Below, piece by piece: positions 21,508 through 33,015 of a stretch of DNA of 64,000 nt. Source of the DNA: Trypanosoma brucei (lineage: Eukaryota); contig CH464491.1 in NCBI GenBank assembly GCA_000002445.1, forward strand, positions 128,001 through 192,000. Reading direction: 5' to 3'. Both the position numbers and the translations under genes were made by a program. Each line of letters opens with the position of its first letter. The first letter of the stretch is position 1. Below the pieces are notes generated by a model, which was not told the DNA's origin, did not search any database, and was given only the letters and a program-made list of their open reading frames with translations.

Positions 21508-24500
21508 TCAGTGCACAACTAAAATCTCACCTCCTACAGACATAACTCGCCTCAAGGGGTGCACTGCCAACGATCCCGGAAAAATTGGTCCCTGAACCCT
21601 CGTTTGGATCGCCCTGCGCAGAATCGGCCGGCCCCGCGCATTTAACGCCGTGTACGTACCATCTGCGAAAAGCACACCCAACATGCCCGTGTGCGTGCCC
21701 GCGTCAAAAGCACGAATCGGTGGAGGTTTCGCCGCGGAGGAAGGGACAACTGCATCACAGAGTTCGTTTACACGAACTTCAAGATACGGCGCATTGACTT
21801 TCCGCGTGTCGTACAGGTACACTGCACTACGGCTTGCCATTGCAATCGTTAACTGTGCCACATCTCTCTCGACAGGTCCAGCTCCCAGAACGGCCTCCAT
21901 TGGAGAATATGAGGTTGTACCACAGCGGAGAGACCCTACTGCGCCTAAAAATCCTTGCTTCTGTCGGTCATCGTAGTAACGGACAAGGCCATCTGAGCAA
22001 CCCGCAAATACCGCACGGCCAGTTGTATGTGCACTGAGAGAGGTGATGGTAGGATCGCCTGACACCTTCAACTGTTGAATCACCTGCTCCTCATCAAGCG
22101 AAAGGATGTGTATCTCAGTTCCACCGCCATAGCCGATGGGTCCCCCATAAATGAGGTTAGCGTTGTGCGAACGGTACGCAGATTTGATGTCCACTGTGCG
22201 TTGAGGTGGACACGCAGAGAATACAGCCACCTCCACTGGCGAACCCTGGGTCTTTTCCCAGCAGTCCCGTATCAGACTGTAGCCACCACGCTGATTCACG
22301 AGCAGTAGACCCGCTTGCTCAGAGGCATCGTTGATCACTAAAATATCGTGCAATGGTGAGGCAAGATGAACTTGAAAACTGTGAACTGTTTCCTGCACGC
22401 TATACGACTCATATGACACGTGATAAATATACTGATTTCTTGTGGCTATCACCATCGCCGTCTCGAGCACACGGAGAGTGGAACAGATCACTTGATCGCA
22501 CGGAAGCAGACTTTGCAATATTTGATGTGGTGCGTAAACCAAATCCAAGTTCACTTTCTCATCTCCAGCACCGGGTATACCTGAACTGTGATTAGCGTTA
22601 TAAGTCGCGGAGTGGCCATCCACCGCTAACGACCTTGTCCTGTTGGCCGCAGTTGTGCACATTGACGGAGGCTCGGTCTTCTGGTCGTGCAGGTCAAGAA
22701 CAATTCGCTGCATGTTGTCAGCATTCCGTGTCACACGCGCGCGTTCCGCCTCCGACATAAAATGCGTTGAATTGGCAGACACAACACTCGACATACTGCG
22801 GAGGCTCTCATTCGTAAACCGCTGCGATTCGGGTCGCTTATTGTCACCTAACTTCTCCAACGCCGCTGTAACCATCACTTTGTCGCACGCCTGATACAAG
22901 CTGAAGAGCATCAGTGCAGCATCGTGTACCATTCCTCGTAATACCGGGAGGTCCTCAGAACGAATATCATCCATAGCGAGAGGAGTCCATGGCGGCTCAG
23001 TTAAATCAGCCGGAGCGCATGGTGCATTTTCGAACACGCTTTTACTGTTAAAACACCTATTAGCTGTGGGACGAGATGTGTTAAGCATTGACTTAACCTG
23101 GACATCAGGTTCATCAAGAAACCAACTAGGGAAACACTGACCAACCTCCTGCATGTAAACCACATAACGAGTTTTGGCAGTGGTGTCTTGCAGTGACGGC
23201 AAAAAGGGGCCGTAATGAAACAACACCGTGCACGCAAAAAGAACCAGCTCTTGCCTAACGATCACGCTGGCATCGTACACCATGCCGCGCAGCTTGATTA
23301 GAAGCGTCTTCTCCACCTGCAAGCGCCGCACTGCGTGCTCACCGGGGGCCTCGCTTACTCGGAAACCAATCAGCGAGGACAGCAGCGTGACGCAGGAACC
23401 GCGCACAATCGGTGACTTGTCCTGCAGTAAGTGCGTAAACAAACCCACATGCGTCGTACACTTTCGTGATACAAAGTCCTTAGCGAACTGCAGACTAAAA
23501 AGAAGCTGTGCAAGAACTAAGCATGACCACGACCTCACTTCGGCACTGGGGGATTCTAAGAGGGATGCCGCAGCGTTGAGCAACCCACCGTTCCAACACT
23601 CTACACATGCAGTGGTGCCACCATGTCGAAGAAGTTGACAAAACAAGTAGCATGCAATTTCCTTGCATCTTCCGAGATCCACTCCCTCCATGAGGTAGCA
23701 TGAAATCTGTGCTGGACACGCAGAATTGTTACCACTTGCTTGGGTGTCACCTCTCCCAACACGGCGGTTCACGTTGTTCAACGCGCGCAACGGCGCCACC
23801 TGCCCGCGTTCCACAGTCTGGACACATAAATCCTTTTCCGTCAGCGTCAGTACTTTAATGAAGCGGTTTCCCAGCCGCCTCTTAATCAATTCGGACGTAC
23901 CCAGACTTTCATCAACCCGTAACACTTGCATCCAGAGCACACTTGCCATAAGAAACAGCTCTTGGTTCCTCAACAAACTGGTGATGTGTGTGAGAATGCC
24001 GCAAAGAATCGCCCATTTTCCTGCAATCACGTCTGAGTCTAAATAAGTGACTAGCAGTGTGAGTGCGGCAACACAACATTGGGGACGCTTCAAGGCCGAG
24101 AGAACAGAGGGCAACTCCTCAGGTTGTTCCCTCATGTCTCCCGACTTCAGCCAAACCTCAAATGACATCAACTGATCTTCAAAAAATGTTGATGGCTTGT
24201 ACGTGTAGTTGGGATTTAGCACTAGATCTCGCGTCAGGAGGTCTGGTAGTTGACAAATAACATTCTCCAACGTGTAGTCCCAGAGGTCCCAAGCATGGTG
24301 CAAGTGGGCTTCTTCGGGTATGGGTGGATGAGTTTGCGGTACGCAGCCAACCTCGCGTAGGAGCCGATCGGCCAGTAAGAAATTCCGAAACAGTACCATC
24401 GTGGTTTCGTCCCGCCGAAACAACTTGCAATACAACGGGGAAGGCACGATGCACCAAGCGACAATGTCAGTCACAGCAGTCAAGATAAGCTGCAACTCAC

Positions 24501-25467
24501 CCAAAGGTGTCCTTTCATCAGATATATCTCCAGGAACGTTGCGGATCATCTCCGCCGTCACGTGCGGCAGAAGATGTTTTCTGTGCGAAAAATTTATATA
24601 CCACTCCGAAGCCATTCTCAGCGGTGTGGTGAGAGAAGAGGTAAGAACATCCGCCGGGAGTTGTGGGTTCAAAGGAAGAAAGGCCCCCGCGCTGCAGGCG
24701 CATATAAACATATCGTCCGGCCGGGTTTCATGCAAGCGTTCCTCACACCAGAACTTCAAAAGCGACCCAGCAGAATTACAGTCAAAAACGTACAACGTTG
24801 GAGAAGAGAGATGCTCCGCCATTTCAGCCAAACTAAGCGGAACATAACTTGTCCTCTTTTTATCAAACATCCATATCTCACCGTACCCTGTCGCACGGGG
24901 CATACCATGACCATTATAATGGAAAACTACAAGCTCCTCTCTCGCATCCAATCGGATATTGGCCATCCGCTTTTTGGCATCTTCCAGCTCCACTTCCACA
25001 GCCATACTGCTCACCGCACCCTGCAACTGTGAGTGATATTGTCTCTGTAACAAAGCGGCAATACGCTCGCTCCCGCCGCCGGTAACGATATGCGGCATCC
25101 GTGCAATATATGGCTCCTCCCAACATTCAAGACGTGCACACGGATCGATTCTGGAAAAGTCAGGAGGGTCGTTCCCGTTGTTCAAACACAAAATTAAAAG
25201 AAGTCGCGGGCATCGTCTACCCCTCCCCCCGCGGTACCACTCCCTGTGTCCATCGATATCCTGAATGTCTTCTGACGATCGGCCCATATCAAAACCAGTG
25301 GACAGTGACGGTAAATGGTGAGGAGCAAACGCAGCCAACAATTCATTTACAAGAGCGCTCGTTGAGGAAGTCACACTCACACGCCGCCGGTTCCTCATAA
25401 TGCTCTGTATTGGTAAACGGGAAAAAACTACACGACACGGTGTTATAATACGTGTTCCACGCTTCAT
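21508..25467 (-). CDS. Raptor (regulatory-associated protein of TOR; TORC1 subunit)
   Basis: 1319 aa, ATG at 25467. N-terminal caspase-like RNC domain with the Raptor-typical block LLLILCLNNGNDPPDFSRIDPCARLECWEEP and YNGHGMP...YVFDCNSAGS. Central HEAT/ARM-like region and C-terminal WD40-like repeats. The size matches Raptor (about 1300 aa). Confidence 0.85.
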   Translation of the reverse strand: MKRGTRIITPCRVVFSRLPIQSIMRNRRRVSVTSSTSALVNELLAAFAPHHLPSLSTGFDMGRSSEDIQDIDGHREWYRGGRGRRCPRLLLILCLNNGNDPPDFSRIDPCARLECWEEPYIARMPHIVTGGGSERIAALLQRQYHSQLQGAVSSMAVEVELEDAKKRMANIRLDAREELVVFHYNGHGMPRATGYGEIWMFDKKRTSYVPLSLAEMAEHLSSPTLYVFDCNSAGSLLKFWCEERLHETRPDDMFICACSAGAFLPLNPQLPADVLTSSLTTPLRMASEWYINFSHRKHLLPHVTAEMIRNVPGDISDERTPLGELQLILTAVTDIVAWCIVPSPLYCKLFRRDETTMVLFRNFLLADRLLREVGCVPQTHPPIPEEAHLHHAWDLWDYTLENVICQLPDLLTRDLVLNPNYTYKPSTFFEDQLMSFEVWLKSGDMREQPEELPSVLSALKRPQCCVAALTLLVTYLDSDVIAGKWAILCGILTHITSLLRNQELFLMASVLWMQVLRVDESLGTSELIKRRLGNRFIKVLTLTEKDLCVQTVERGQVAPLRALNNVNRRVGRGDTQASGNNSACPAQISCYLMEGVDLGRCKEIACYLFCQLLRHGGTTACVECWNGGLLNAAASLLESPSAEVRSWSCLVLAQLLFSLQFAKDFVSRKCTTHVGLFTHLLQDKSPIVRGSCVTLLSSLIGFRVSEAPGEHAVRRLQVEKTLLIKLRGMVYDASVIVRQELVLFACTVLFHYGPFLPSLQDTTAKTRYVVYMQEVGQCFPSWFLDEPDVQVKSMLNTSRPTANRCFNSKSVFENAPCAPADLTEPPWTPLAMDDIRSEDLPVLRGMVHDAALMLFSLYQACDKVMVTAALEKLGDNKRPESQRFTNESLRSMSSVVSANSTHFMSEAERARVTRNADNMQRIVLDLHDQKTEPPSMCTTAANRTRSLAVDGHSATYNANHSSGIPGAGDEKVNLDLVYAPHQILQSLLPCDQVICSTLRVLETAMVIATRNQYIYHVSYESYSVQETVHSFQVHLASPLHDILVINDASEQAGLLLVNQRGGYSLIRDCWEKTQGSPVEVAVFSACPPQRTVDIKSAYRSHNANLIYGGPIGYGGGTEIHILSLDEEQVIQQLKVSGDPTITSLSAHTTGRAVFAGCSDGLVRYYDDRQKQGFLGAVGSLRCGTTSYSPMEAVLGAGPVERDVAQLTIAMASRSAVYLYDTRKVNAPYLEVRVNELCDAVVPSSAAKPPPIRAFDAGTHTGMLGVLFADGTYTALNARGRPILRRAIQTRVQGPIFPGSLAVHPLRRVMSVGGEILVVH

Positions 25468-26045
25468 TCAATTTCAATTTTATTATATTTTATTTGCATT
25501 TTCCGGGGAAAGAAGAAAAGGAGGAAAACGATAGAAACGCCTTGGTTCATTTTGCTCTATGGTACACCAAGTAACACCCACATTCTCTGAACCGTCCAAG
25601 CCTCGTGGAAGATGCGAAGAAGGTCCCATTATTAGAATAGTGTACGTACCACAGTTTTCAACTCCGTGCATGCATAGATGTACGGGTGTGTGCACCTGAG
25701 CAAAGATACACTTGTTTTTTTTCTTTTTAAATACGCCACATGCGCATCAAAACATACACGCCGGCACAACCCCAGGTATTGTCAGTGACAACATAGTTAC
25801 CTACTATCATTTCTTCTTAATTCGCTTCGTTACCTCTTCTCTAACATCACCCATTTACTCGTCTTAATATCGCAACTAGAGGAGTGGTGAAGAAGAGGGG
25901 TCATTAAAAGAAAAAAAAGCACCAATCCTCCACTTTCCGTTCATTCTTCCGTGTATCTCTTCCTTTTGTTCCTTTTTTTTTCGTGCATTCCGTCTCGTTG
26001 AAAATACTCAGTACAGATATTCGCATGCCTCTCTGAGTTGCCTCC

Positions 26046-29000
26046 TTACAAGGATGTTTCACTGGTCTTCAGCACAACTCGAATGCCGACGCTTGTAAGC
26101 TCCGTTGCCCAGAGACGAAGCACCTGCGGGATCTCAACGAAAGCTATTGTGTCATCTGTCTCGTGCAGACCTGCACTGCAGAATTTGCACGTTTTCCACG
26201 TTGAATATTCTGTTGCGTGTCGTTCGTAAATGGACAGCATAGAGCCGCACTCAACACAAATAAAAGCCTTCGTTTTATCGGACACATGAAGCAGCCTGTC
26301 GATAACGACCTCAGCCACACCGTGGGAAAGCAACGCGTCACGCTCCATCTCACCGACGCGGACGCCACCGTGGCGCTTACGTCCCTTCACTGGTTGCCCT
26401 GTTTTCGTCACTGCTCGATGAGTGTGGGAATCTGTCCTGGCCCGCGCCTGCCACTTGTCACTTACCATGTGCCGCAAGCGCTGGTATCCCGAGATGCCTA
26501 CCAATACTTCAGCTTCGATTTCCTCCCCAGTTATGCCATCTATAAGTTTCTCACGGCCATATCGGTTGTAACCGAGTGCCTCAAGGGCGTCGCCAATCGT
26601 TTTAGCGGATCGGGGCTGCTCATCAATAACACTCCATGCACTATGATCGCACAACCGACCTTGGATACAGCCCAGCTTCGCACCCATCATCTCCAGCACC
26701 ATGCCTACTGTCATGCGGGAGGGGAAAGCATGAGGGTTGATAATAATGTCAGGCGTAATACCATCACGTGTGCTGAACGGTAAATCGTGAGAGCGTATGT
26801 CAAGGGGAAGTGTCCCCTTCTGTCCATGGCGCGAGGAAAATTTGTCACCGATAACAGGCGGGCGCGGGATACGGAACAAAACCAGCACACTGGTGGGGTC
26901 CGGTCCGTCATATGTTAGTGGAATGACGCTGTGGACCCATGCATCCTCACCTTTGTCAAAGTGCCTCCACTTCGTTATTTGGTGACGTGTGTATTCATAA
27001 GTCTTCTCATTGGTTAATGGGTCGATGTACTCAAAGCGCTTGGCACAACAATACACTGCACTGCTATCCCTCAACGACGGATATTTGTGATCGGTATCAA
27101 ACGAGAAATACGCCGTTGCATTGGGCACTGCACGCTTTTTCGGAAGGCCGTGACGATCCAACTCCGGTGTGAAGGGCTGCCCATCTGGAAGACAGTTGTG
27201 AAACACGAAGACATCGTTGCTGTCTCCTTTCCCACTGGCTTTTACGATCTTTGCAACGGTAACACCAGCATTAAGCATACCAAATTGTTTCGCTGTGCTG
27301 TTTAGTATCATGGCATCGTCCAAATCATAGCCTGTGTAGGCAAGGATGGCAACCACCGCATTAACTCCCAAGCTTACGTCATCTAGGCCAAAGTAATCCA
27401 TCGGGAGTGTACGACTAATATAACGTTGGGGATAGTACATGCGGAAGAGCTTCGCATCCCGTCGCCATGCCTGAGTTTGGAGTTGTGTACCAGCCGTCTG
27501 TTTTGACAATCCACACTGAAAAAGGTTACGGGGAGAACAGTTATGTTCAAAGAATGGAATCGTCGAGGAAGTGAAGCTCAATATGTTGAACCCGTTTTGT
27601 TCCATAAACTCGTACTTGCGTCTCAGTTGGTCAAAACCATCAAAAAGGTCGGAGGGGACGGCAGCAATGTCCCTCCACGACTGCTCCCAAGTACCTAGGT
27701 AAACGACAGGAAATGGAAGGTCGCCGCCGCGAGACGGCGACTCAATTTGCAGCACCGGGCGCATGAGTCTTCCGTACTGGTAAAATATGTACAACCCCAT
27801 TGGATCCTTGCTCCCAGGCGGTATGTAGACAACCTCCATAGTGTTTAGAGAACTTATACTGTCGCGCCTCACGATACCTGTGACACCCACAACTCCCCGG
27901 CTTCGTAATGCCTTCTTCTGTGTGAGAGCTTTGGAGGCACTCAGAGCCTCGTTAGGTGAGAGGTAACCCAGCAGCCTTCCTTCCAACCACACAGGAACGG
28001 TACCGACCAGCTGATCCACACAGGAAATCAGTGATGTGGTATTCCTAACATTCTTTAGCTCTTCCTCAATGAAAGCCAGGAGAATTTTGTACTGGCTTGA
28101 CCCAACTCGAGGAGAGGCAGAAAGAACCGTGCTTATACTCAGGTGATTTAAGACACCGCAATCCTCGCCATCGGGGCTATGAACCATGCATATAAACCCG
28201 TAAGCCTCGCATGGGTACCTGCGCACATCACTCGAACGCATTTCTGCGATCGATTTACCACGATGTACGCACATGAGCTGCTCAAAGGAGCGATAGAAGT
28301 TTAAGTGTTCCGTCATAACTGCCCAGCCAGCGGTTTGGGGAGAATAAAAATCTTCTTCACGGTCAAGGGCAAAGTTTCCCGTAAGAAGCAACCGATTGAG
28401 TGTAATAAGTGGATCAGGTCCATTGTTACGACAGCTGTATTCCAGTAACTGATTCAGCTTCTCAAGGGTATTGGCGGCTTCTCGTATTGGAGTTTCTGCC
28501 AAGCACATAGTGGCTTGAAATATCTCAGGGGAAAGTTGACCTGCCATACGAAAGGTCACTGCCCCCATGGTTTTCATCAATGACACCTCGAAAGCACCTA
28601 TTAGCACTTGCGAAACCGTGAACACCTCCTGATAAGCGAGCACGTCGTTCCCCTGGTTACCCGTTGCACCGTCATTAAAAACCAACAGCTGACGCAAGAT
28701 ACCAATTAATGCATCGAACTTCGCAGCTAGCTCCTCCTGGAGTCCAGTGGAAAGCCACTCCCTGATCTCTCGTGAGGTGGCTGTAGGCGGCAAATCCGGC
28801 GTAGCCTCAGCAGTATTCAAGTGCGGCAACATATGTCGTCGCAGCATGAACAAACCATACCAGGCGTCGTGCTGAGTGGCAAAAGAAGTGTGATACTGCG
28901 GGAGAAACCGAAAGATAAAGGATGACTCGTGGTACCGTCTGTACATCAGACCCACGACCGCTAAATAATCCAGGAAATTGTCGAGAGTACTGTACGGCAT

Positions 29001-30836
29001 CTGGCTATGGTGCTGCAAAAGTGCCTCCACACGCGCAGCATGAGGGCTTCTACCGTTGGTGAGGCCAATGGTAAGAAGCTTGTATATATCCAGCGAAGTC
29101 CGATGCCGGGTGTTCAGGGCAGATAATACCAATAGGGCCGGGATATTCCACACGACCCTCCGTGCGAAGGTAAAGATCACCTCACCCTTGGTTGCATAGT
29201 AGAAGTAGTTTTGGACGGTTAAACCACTCGGACGCTTGCAACGGATAATTACCGCCCTCGGAGAAAAGAAAGAATCCACGGTCGCAAACCGCTCACGCTC
29301 GATATTAAGAGGAACATTGCAGCGCTGTAGAATGAGGTTCCGTAGAATACGCTCACCACCGCGCAAAACGAAATAACCGCCTACCTCCTTTTGCTCCTCT
29401 AAGGCACGAAAGTGATCAAGTCGCTGGTTCACACCGCGGAGGGCGCAGCGAGCACCCAATACCATCTCCGGTAACTCTCCCAGGGATAACCACAACTCGT
29501 ACTTACTGGGTGCAAGGGTGGCAAAACGCTCTTGATCAGAAGGGGCAATCCCTTGTTGGCGCATGAGAATCAAGAATTCTGGCATAAGATTATATATCAA
29601 CTGCGTCTTCGTTCGAGAGACTGATCCATCTCCCTTGGCAACGAACTTAAAACCCACCCGCACATGGCAAGGTTGGGAATATGTCTCACTCCGAATGCGA
29701 CAGTATTGCGGAGACGCAAAAGGAAGGCACGCATAAACTGTTCGATCATGTATTGCTTGCGCCTCCTCAATCACCGTCGACTCCTTCACTCGCTTTGCAT
29801 CAATAATTGACTGCAAACCTTGAACCCCAGTACCGGCGCGTGAGAATATATCCCCTTCGTCGTGATCCCACTTATCCCTTATTCTTTCCAATTCCTCCTT
29901 AGCTTCTCTTAAACGGCCACGAATAACCTCGAATTCGAGAGACTGCATCCTGTGATGTTCGTTATTGCTACTGTCTTCCTCCGCCCCAAGGGTTAGATCG
30001 GCTTTGTCAACACGAGACTTGAGCCTGGCCAAGTTGTGAAGGGCATGCTGAATCACCAACCTAGCAGAACGCCCAGGTCGAACTCCGATGGCGACATCGA
30101 CAATGAACACTGACAGAAGTCCAATCGCATTGGCAGGTTGTTGAGAATCATTTATTACTGAAGAGAAAAGGAAACCCTCGTTTTTCAATTCTTGTAAAAA
30201 CTCTGGCACGCGCTGCTCTGCAAAGGCATCAAATTCGGCCACATGAGGAGAAACCAGGTCAGCAAGTAGTTTCAAAGATCCAGCGCTCTCCATATCTGAT
30301 GGCGCACCAGATAGCAACCCTACTAAGTTCTCCAACTCGCGATGTGTATCTTGGAGCTGGTGATACGCAAGACCCTCGTACACAGCTTCGCTTCGGTCCA
30401 TCGCTTGTTCACATTCGGAAATAATGGTCGATGCCTCTCCCAGAAGAGCATTCGCGTGCCCTCTGATATAATCAAGGTGCTTTGGTGCACCGACTTTGGA
30501 TTTTGCGACTACACGGGGGTTGTACTCAAGCTTCAGTACTCGCTTGCGTAGTCCCTCGAAGAAACTCAGCAGCCGGTCACCACCGGTTGTGTCGAGCTTC
30601 GACGTGTGACGATGGCGCTCACCAAGATAGCGCAGCCGCGCTATGGAGCAGCGCACAAGTTTGAGCCTCTCCATTGCGGTCATTGGTTCCGAAGGATTCT
30701 TCACGTAATCGTACTGCTGCCGTCTCTGCCTAGAATGCCGAGAGGATGTCCCACTGCGGGTTGATGTTACTGTCTCACCCGCGGTTGACGCATGCGACCC
30801 GGAAGCCGAACCTACAACGGAATTCTTTGTTGACAT
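26046..30836 (-). CDS. RPA2: DNA-directed RNA polymerase second-largest subunit, most likely RNA polymerase I RPA2 (N-terminally extended)
   Basis: Conserved polymerase beta-type blocks: GDKFSSRHGQKGT, the hybrid-binding region YTGYDLDDAMILN and a C-terminal Zn ribbon CVECGSMLS...CKFCSAG. About 1596 aa with a Ser/Thr-rich N-terminal extension of roughly 250 aa, which from memory is characteristic of trypanosomatid RPA2 (RPB2 and RPC2 are about 1150-1200 aa). The track start is GTG; the first ATG is at 30836 (MSTKNSVV). Confidence 0.8.
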   Translation of the reverse strand: MSTKNSVVGSASGSHASTAGETVTSTRSGTSSRHSRQRRQQYDYVKNPSEPMTAMERLKLVRCSIARLRYLGERHRHTSKLDTTGGDRLLSFFEGLRKRVLKLEYNPRVVAKSKVGAPKHLDYIRGHANALLGEASTIISECEQAMDRSEAVYEGLAYHQLQDTHRELENLVGLLSGAPSDMESAGSLKLLADLVSPHVAEFDAFAEQRVPEFLQELKNEGFLFSSVINDSQQPANAIGLLSVFIVDVAIGVRPGRSARLVIQHALHNLARLKSRVDKADLTLGAEEDSSNNEHHRMQSLEFEVIRGRLREAKEELERIRDKWDHDEGDIFSRAGTGVQGLQSIIDAKRVKESTVIEEAQAIHDRTVYACLPFASPQYCRIRSETYSQPCHVRVGFKFVAKGDGSVSRTKTQLIYNLMPEFLILMRQQGIAPSDQERFATLAPSKYELWLSLGELPEMVLGARCALRGVNQRLDHFRALEEQKEVGGYFVLRGGERILRNLILQRCNVPLNIERERFATVDSFFSPRAVIIRCKRPSGLTVQNYFYYATKGEVIFTFARRVVWNIPALLVLSALNTRHRTSLDIYKLLTIGLTNGRSPHAARVEALLQHHSQMPYSTLDNFLDYLAVVGLMYRRYHESSFIFRFLPQYHTSFATQHDAWYGLFMLRRHMLPHLNTAEATPDLPPTATSREIREWLSTGLQEELAAKFDALIGILRQLLVFNDGATGNQGNDVLAYQEVFTVSQVLIGAFEVSLMKTMGAVTFRMAGQLSPEIFQATMCLAETPIREAANTLEKLNQLLEYSCRNNGPDPLITLNRLLLTGNFALDREEDFYSPQTAGWAVMTEHLNFYRSFEQLMCVHRGKSIAEMRSSDVRRYPCEAYGFICMVHSPDGEDCGVLNHLSISTVLSASPRVGSSQYKILLAFIEEELKNVRNTTSLISCVDQLVGTVPVWLEGRLLGYLSPNEALSASKALTQKKALRSRGVVGVTGIVRRDSISSLNTMEVVYIPPGSKDPMGLYIFYQYGRLMRPVLQIESPSRGGDLPFPVVYLGTWEQSWRDIAAVPSDLFDGFDQLRRKYEFMEQNGFNILSFTSSTIPFFEHNCSPRNLFQCGLSKQTAGTQLQTQAWRRDAKLFRMYYPQRYISRTLPMDYFGLDDVSLGVNAVVAILAYTGYDLDDAMILNSTAKQFGMLNAGVTVAKIVKASGKGDSNDVFVFHNCLPDGQPFTPELDRHGLPKKRAVPNATAYFSFDTDHKYPSLRDSSAVYCCAKRFEYIDPLTNEKTYEYTRHQITKWRHFDKGEDAWVHSVIPLTYDGPDPTSVLVLFRIPRPPVIGDKFSSRHGQKGTLPLDIRSHDLPFSTRDGITPDIIINPHAFPSRMTVGMVLEMMGAKLGCIQGRLCDHSAWSVIDEQPRSAKTIGDALEALGYNRYGREKLIDGITGEEIEAEVLVGISGYQRLRHMVSDKWQARARTDSHTHRAVTKTGQPVKGRKRHGGVRVGEMERDALLSHGVAEVVIDRLLHVSDKTKAFICVECGSMLSIYERHATEYSTWKTCKFCSAGLHETDDTIAFVEIPQVLRLWATELTSVGIRVVLKTSETSL

Positions 30837-31222
30837 GTTTGCACGCTTCACGCCTTCCACAACTTATTCTGTTAGCATTACGAGGATGAAGAAGAGGGAG
30901 AAAGTGCATAGCATGTGCAGAACCACCCGGCAGGGCCACAACGACCGCTTCAACCGGAAATAGCATGAATGTGAAAAACGACAATAGAGGGGGGAAACAG
31001 CAAGACCTGTGCTGCAAGCAGCGCGGCAGATTCTCCCCTCTCTTTGAATCAGCGCGCCCGCACCCCAAAACGAGCAGTAAGGAAATATACCAACAAATAA
31101 GATGAAGACATGTGAATGTGCGTCGCAACAACCTCACAACTGGGTAACTGTTTACGGAAAACGAACTTCAAATTATCCTGACGAAGTAAAGACCCAGCCA
31201 CCCAGGCAACCTCCTGAGGCCA

Positions 31223-32125
31223 CTAAATACCATAGTTGAACAGGTGGAGGGCAGCGATGGTACAAATGGCAGTGAATATAGAGTTTATTGCAGCCCAATT
31301 GTATCGAATAAAAACACCAAACACGTAAAATATTCGAGGCACGTCGATAAAACAAAGCTTTTGAAGTCGACCGCCCTCTGCATCGCGCATAAACTGCTCT
31401 AATTTTAGGTGCGTTTCCACTTCCTCTTTGGAGCGAATCATACGAAAAATGGGTGCATAAGTAACAAATGTACGACGAATCCCCTTCGCTTTCATCTCCG
31501 ACACTACATCGAGAGCCTTCTCGAACTCATCATGCAAGCAGTAGGCCCGCACCATTTGGTTGGTTAGCTCTCGCTGCACTACTTTAGGTTGGGCGACAGA
31601 GCAGTCCATCAGCTCATCGTACAGCTCCTCCGCCATATGCAGAGACATCCTCCCTCGTTCGACATCATATGCTAGCAAGCTGAAAAGAGGAACGAGGTGA
31701 TGGGCGCCAAGCGTCGACAAAATGTGTTGATTTTTGCGGATACCATCCTCGTGGAACCAAAGCATGTGAAGCGACGGGCGAACTGGTGCATGTAATAAAT
31801 GTTTTTCAAGGAAATCTTCGGCGTTACGAATACCAAGGGCCAGCTGAGACAGCGTCATTTCTACTTGGCGCTCCACACGTTGAAGCGCTATGGCATTTTC
31901 GATCTGTACAATTTGGTCTAAGCGGTTGTACAATACGGGCGGCAGAGTGACGTTGGTCCCGATCGCTCTCAGTGGCCGCTGAGGGCGCATCATCTTGTAA
32001 TGATTGTAGGCAGGTTTCACTGATAGCATACCTCCAATAAAACTCGGCGTCACAGGATAGCAGCCAACACCCATCCACGGTTTAACATCCATCCGACCAC
32101 GGAACGTCATAGCACTGGCTCGCAT
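31223..32125 (-). CDS. Hypothetical protein, possible PPR-like helical repeat (mitochondrial?)
   Basis: ATG at 32125; alternative ATG at 32110. One segment resembles a pentatricopeptide repeat (TNQMVRAYCLHDEFEKALDVVSEMKAKGIRRTFVTYAPIF). Weak assignment. Confidence 0.55.
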   Translation of the reverse strand: MRASAMTFRGRMDVKPWMGVGCYPVTPSFIGGMLSVKPAYNHYKMMRPQRPLRAIGTNVTLPPVLYNRLDQIVQIENAIALQRVERQVEMTLSQLALGIRNAEDFLEKHLLHAPVRPSLHMLWFHEDGIRKNQHILSTLGAHHLVPLFSLLAYDVERGRMSLHMAEELYDELMDCSVAQPKVVQRELTNQMVRAYCLHDEFEKALDVVSEMKAKGIRRTFVTYAPIFRMIRSKEEVETHLKLEQFMRDAEGGRLQKLCFIDVPRIFYVFGVFIRYNWAAINSIFTAICTIAALHLFNYGI

Positions 32126-32388
32126 CTCACCGTTTTAAACTGTAACAAGAGCGAAAGGAAAGGAAAACCGCAGTACAGAGTGAACACAATAGTAGTTGTT
32201 CATTCGATCGCATTACTCAAGACCAGGTGGGAACTATAGTAACCACACCGGACCTCGGTCATTCCCCACACCCCCCACGCCCTTATTGTGCTCTTCACCT
32301 CTTAAAACCAGATACCCACACATGCGGCAGTCAGCCACAATCGATTATCATCACTGCAAAAATAACAAAAAGAGACTTTACCCCAGCA

Positions 32389-32808
32389 CTATATTGCAGG
32401 AACTTTTCGTGTTTCAACTTCGGACTGCAACAACTCAGCCAATGCGTCCGCCTCATCGTATGTTTCGATCATTGCCTGTGCAAGAGACAAGGCCTCAGTG
32501 TTCAACAGCTCAATGTCGCGATCTAACGATGCTACAGGATCATCGGGTAATGCCCTGATAGCACCCTCCAGTGCCGCGAAATGTCTTTCAAGCTCATCTG
32601 CTATCCTGCCAACACGCTGCCTCTCCGCATTATGTTCCCGTTCTAACTGGTACACCTCCGTATCAACCAACTCAATGCTACTATTTTTCCCGGCCACATC
32701 TGCCGTGAAACGCGGATGAGCGTCATCGACAGTTTCAAGTAACGCATTATACATCGCTCCAACGCAGTGCATCAACGCGGCCTCAGCCTCCACAACCGGG
32801 CCTGACAT
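32389..32808 (-). CDS. Small acidic coiled-coil hypothetical protein (~139 aa)
   Basis: The long track ORF begins in pyrimidine-rich UTR-like sequence. The first ATG at 32808 (cat 32806-32808) gives MSGPVVEAEAALMHC..., a helical acidic protein. Confidence 0.5.
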   Translation of the reverse strand: MSGPVVEAEAALMHCVGAMYNALLETVDDAHPRFTADVAGKNSSIELVDTEVYQLEREHNAERQRVGRIADELERHFAALEGAIRALPDDPVASLDRDIELLNTEALSLAQAMIETYDEADALAELLQSEVETRKVPAI

Positions 32809-33015
32809 AACTGGACAGAAAAAGAAAAGAAGAATTATTAGAGACTGTGGGAAAAATCGAGGAGTCACGTAAAGCGCGGCGAAAACACATACTCGAGAAA
32901 GAAACAGATGTAGGTAAGTGTATGCACACACGTACGCGTGCCTGTGAGTACAACACGAAAAAATTGTCAAGAGGGAAATGTGTGTTCGATAAACAATCGC
33001 GAAACTCTTTGCTCT

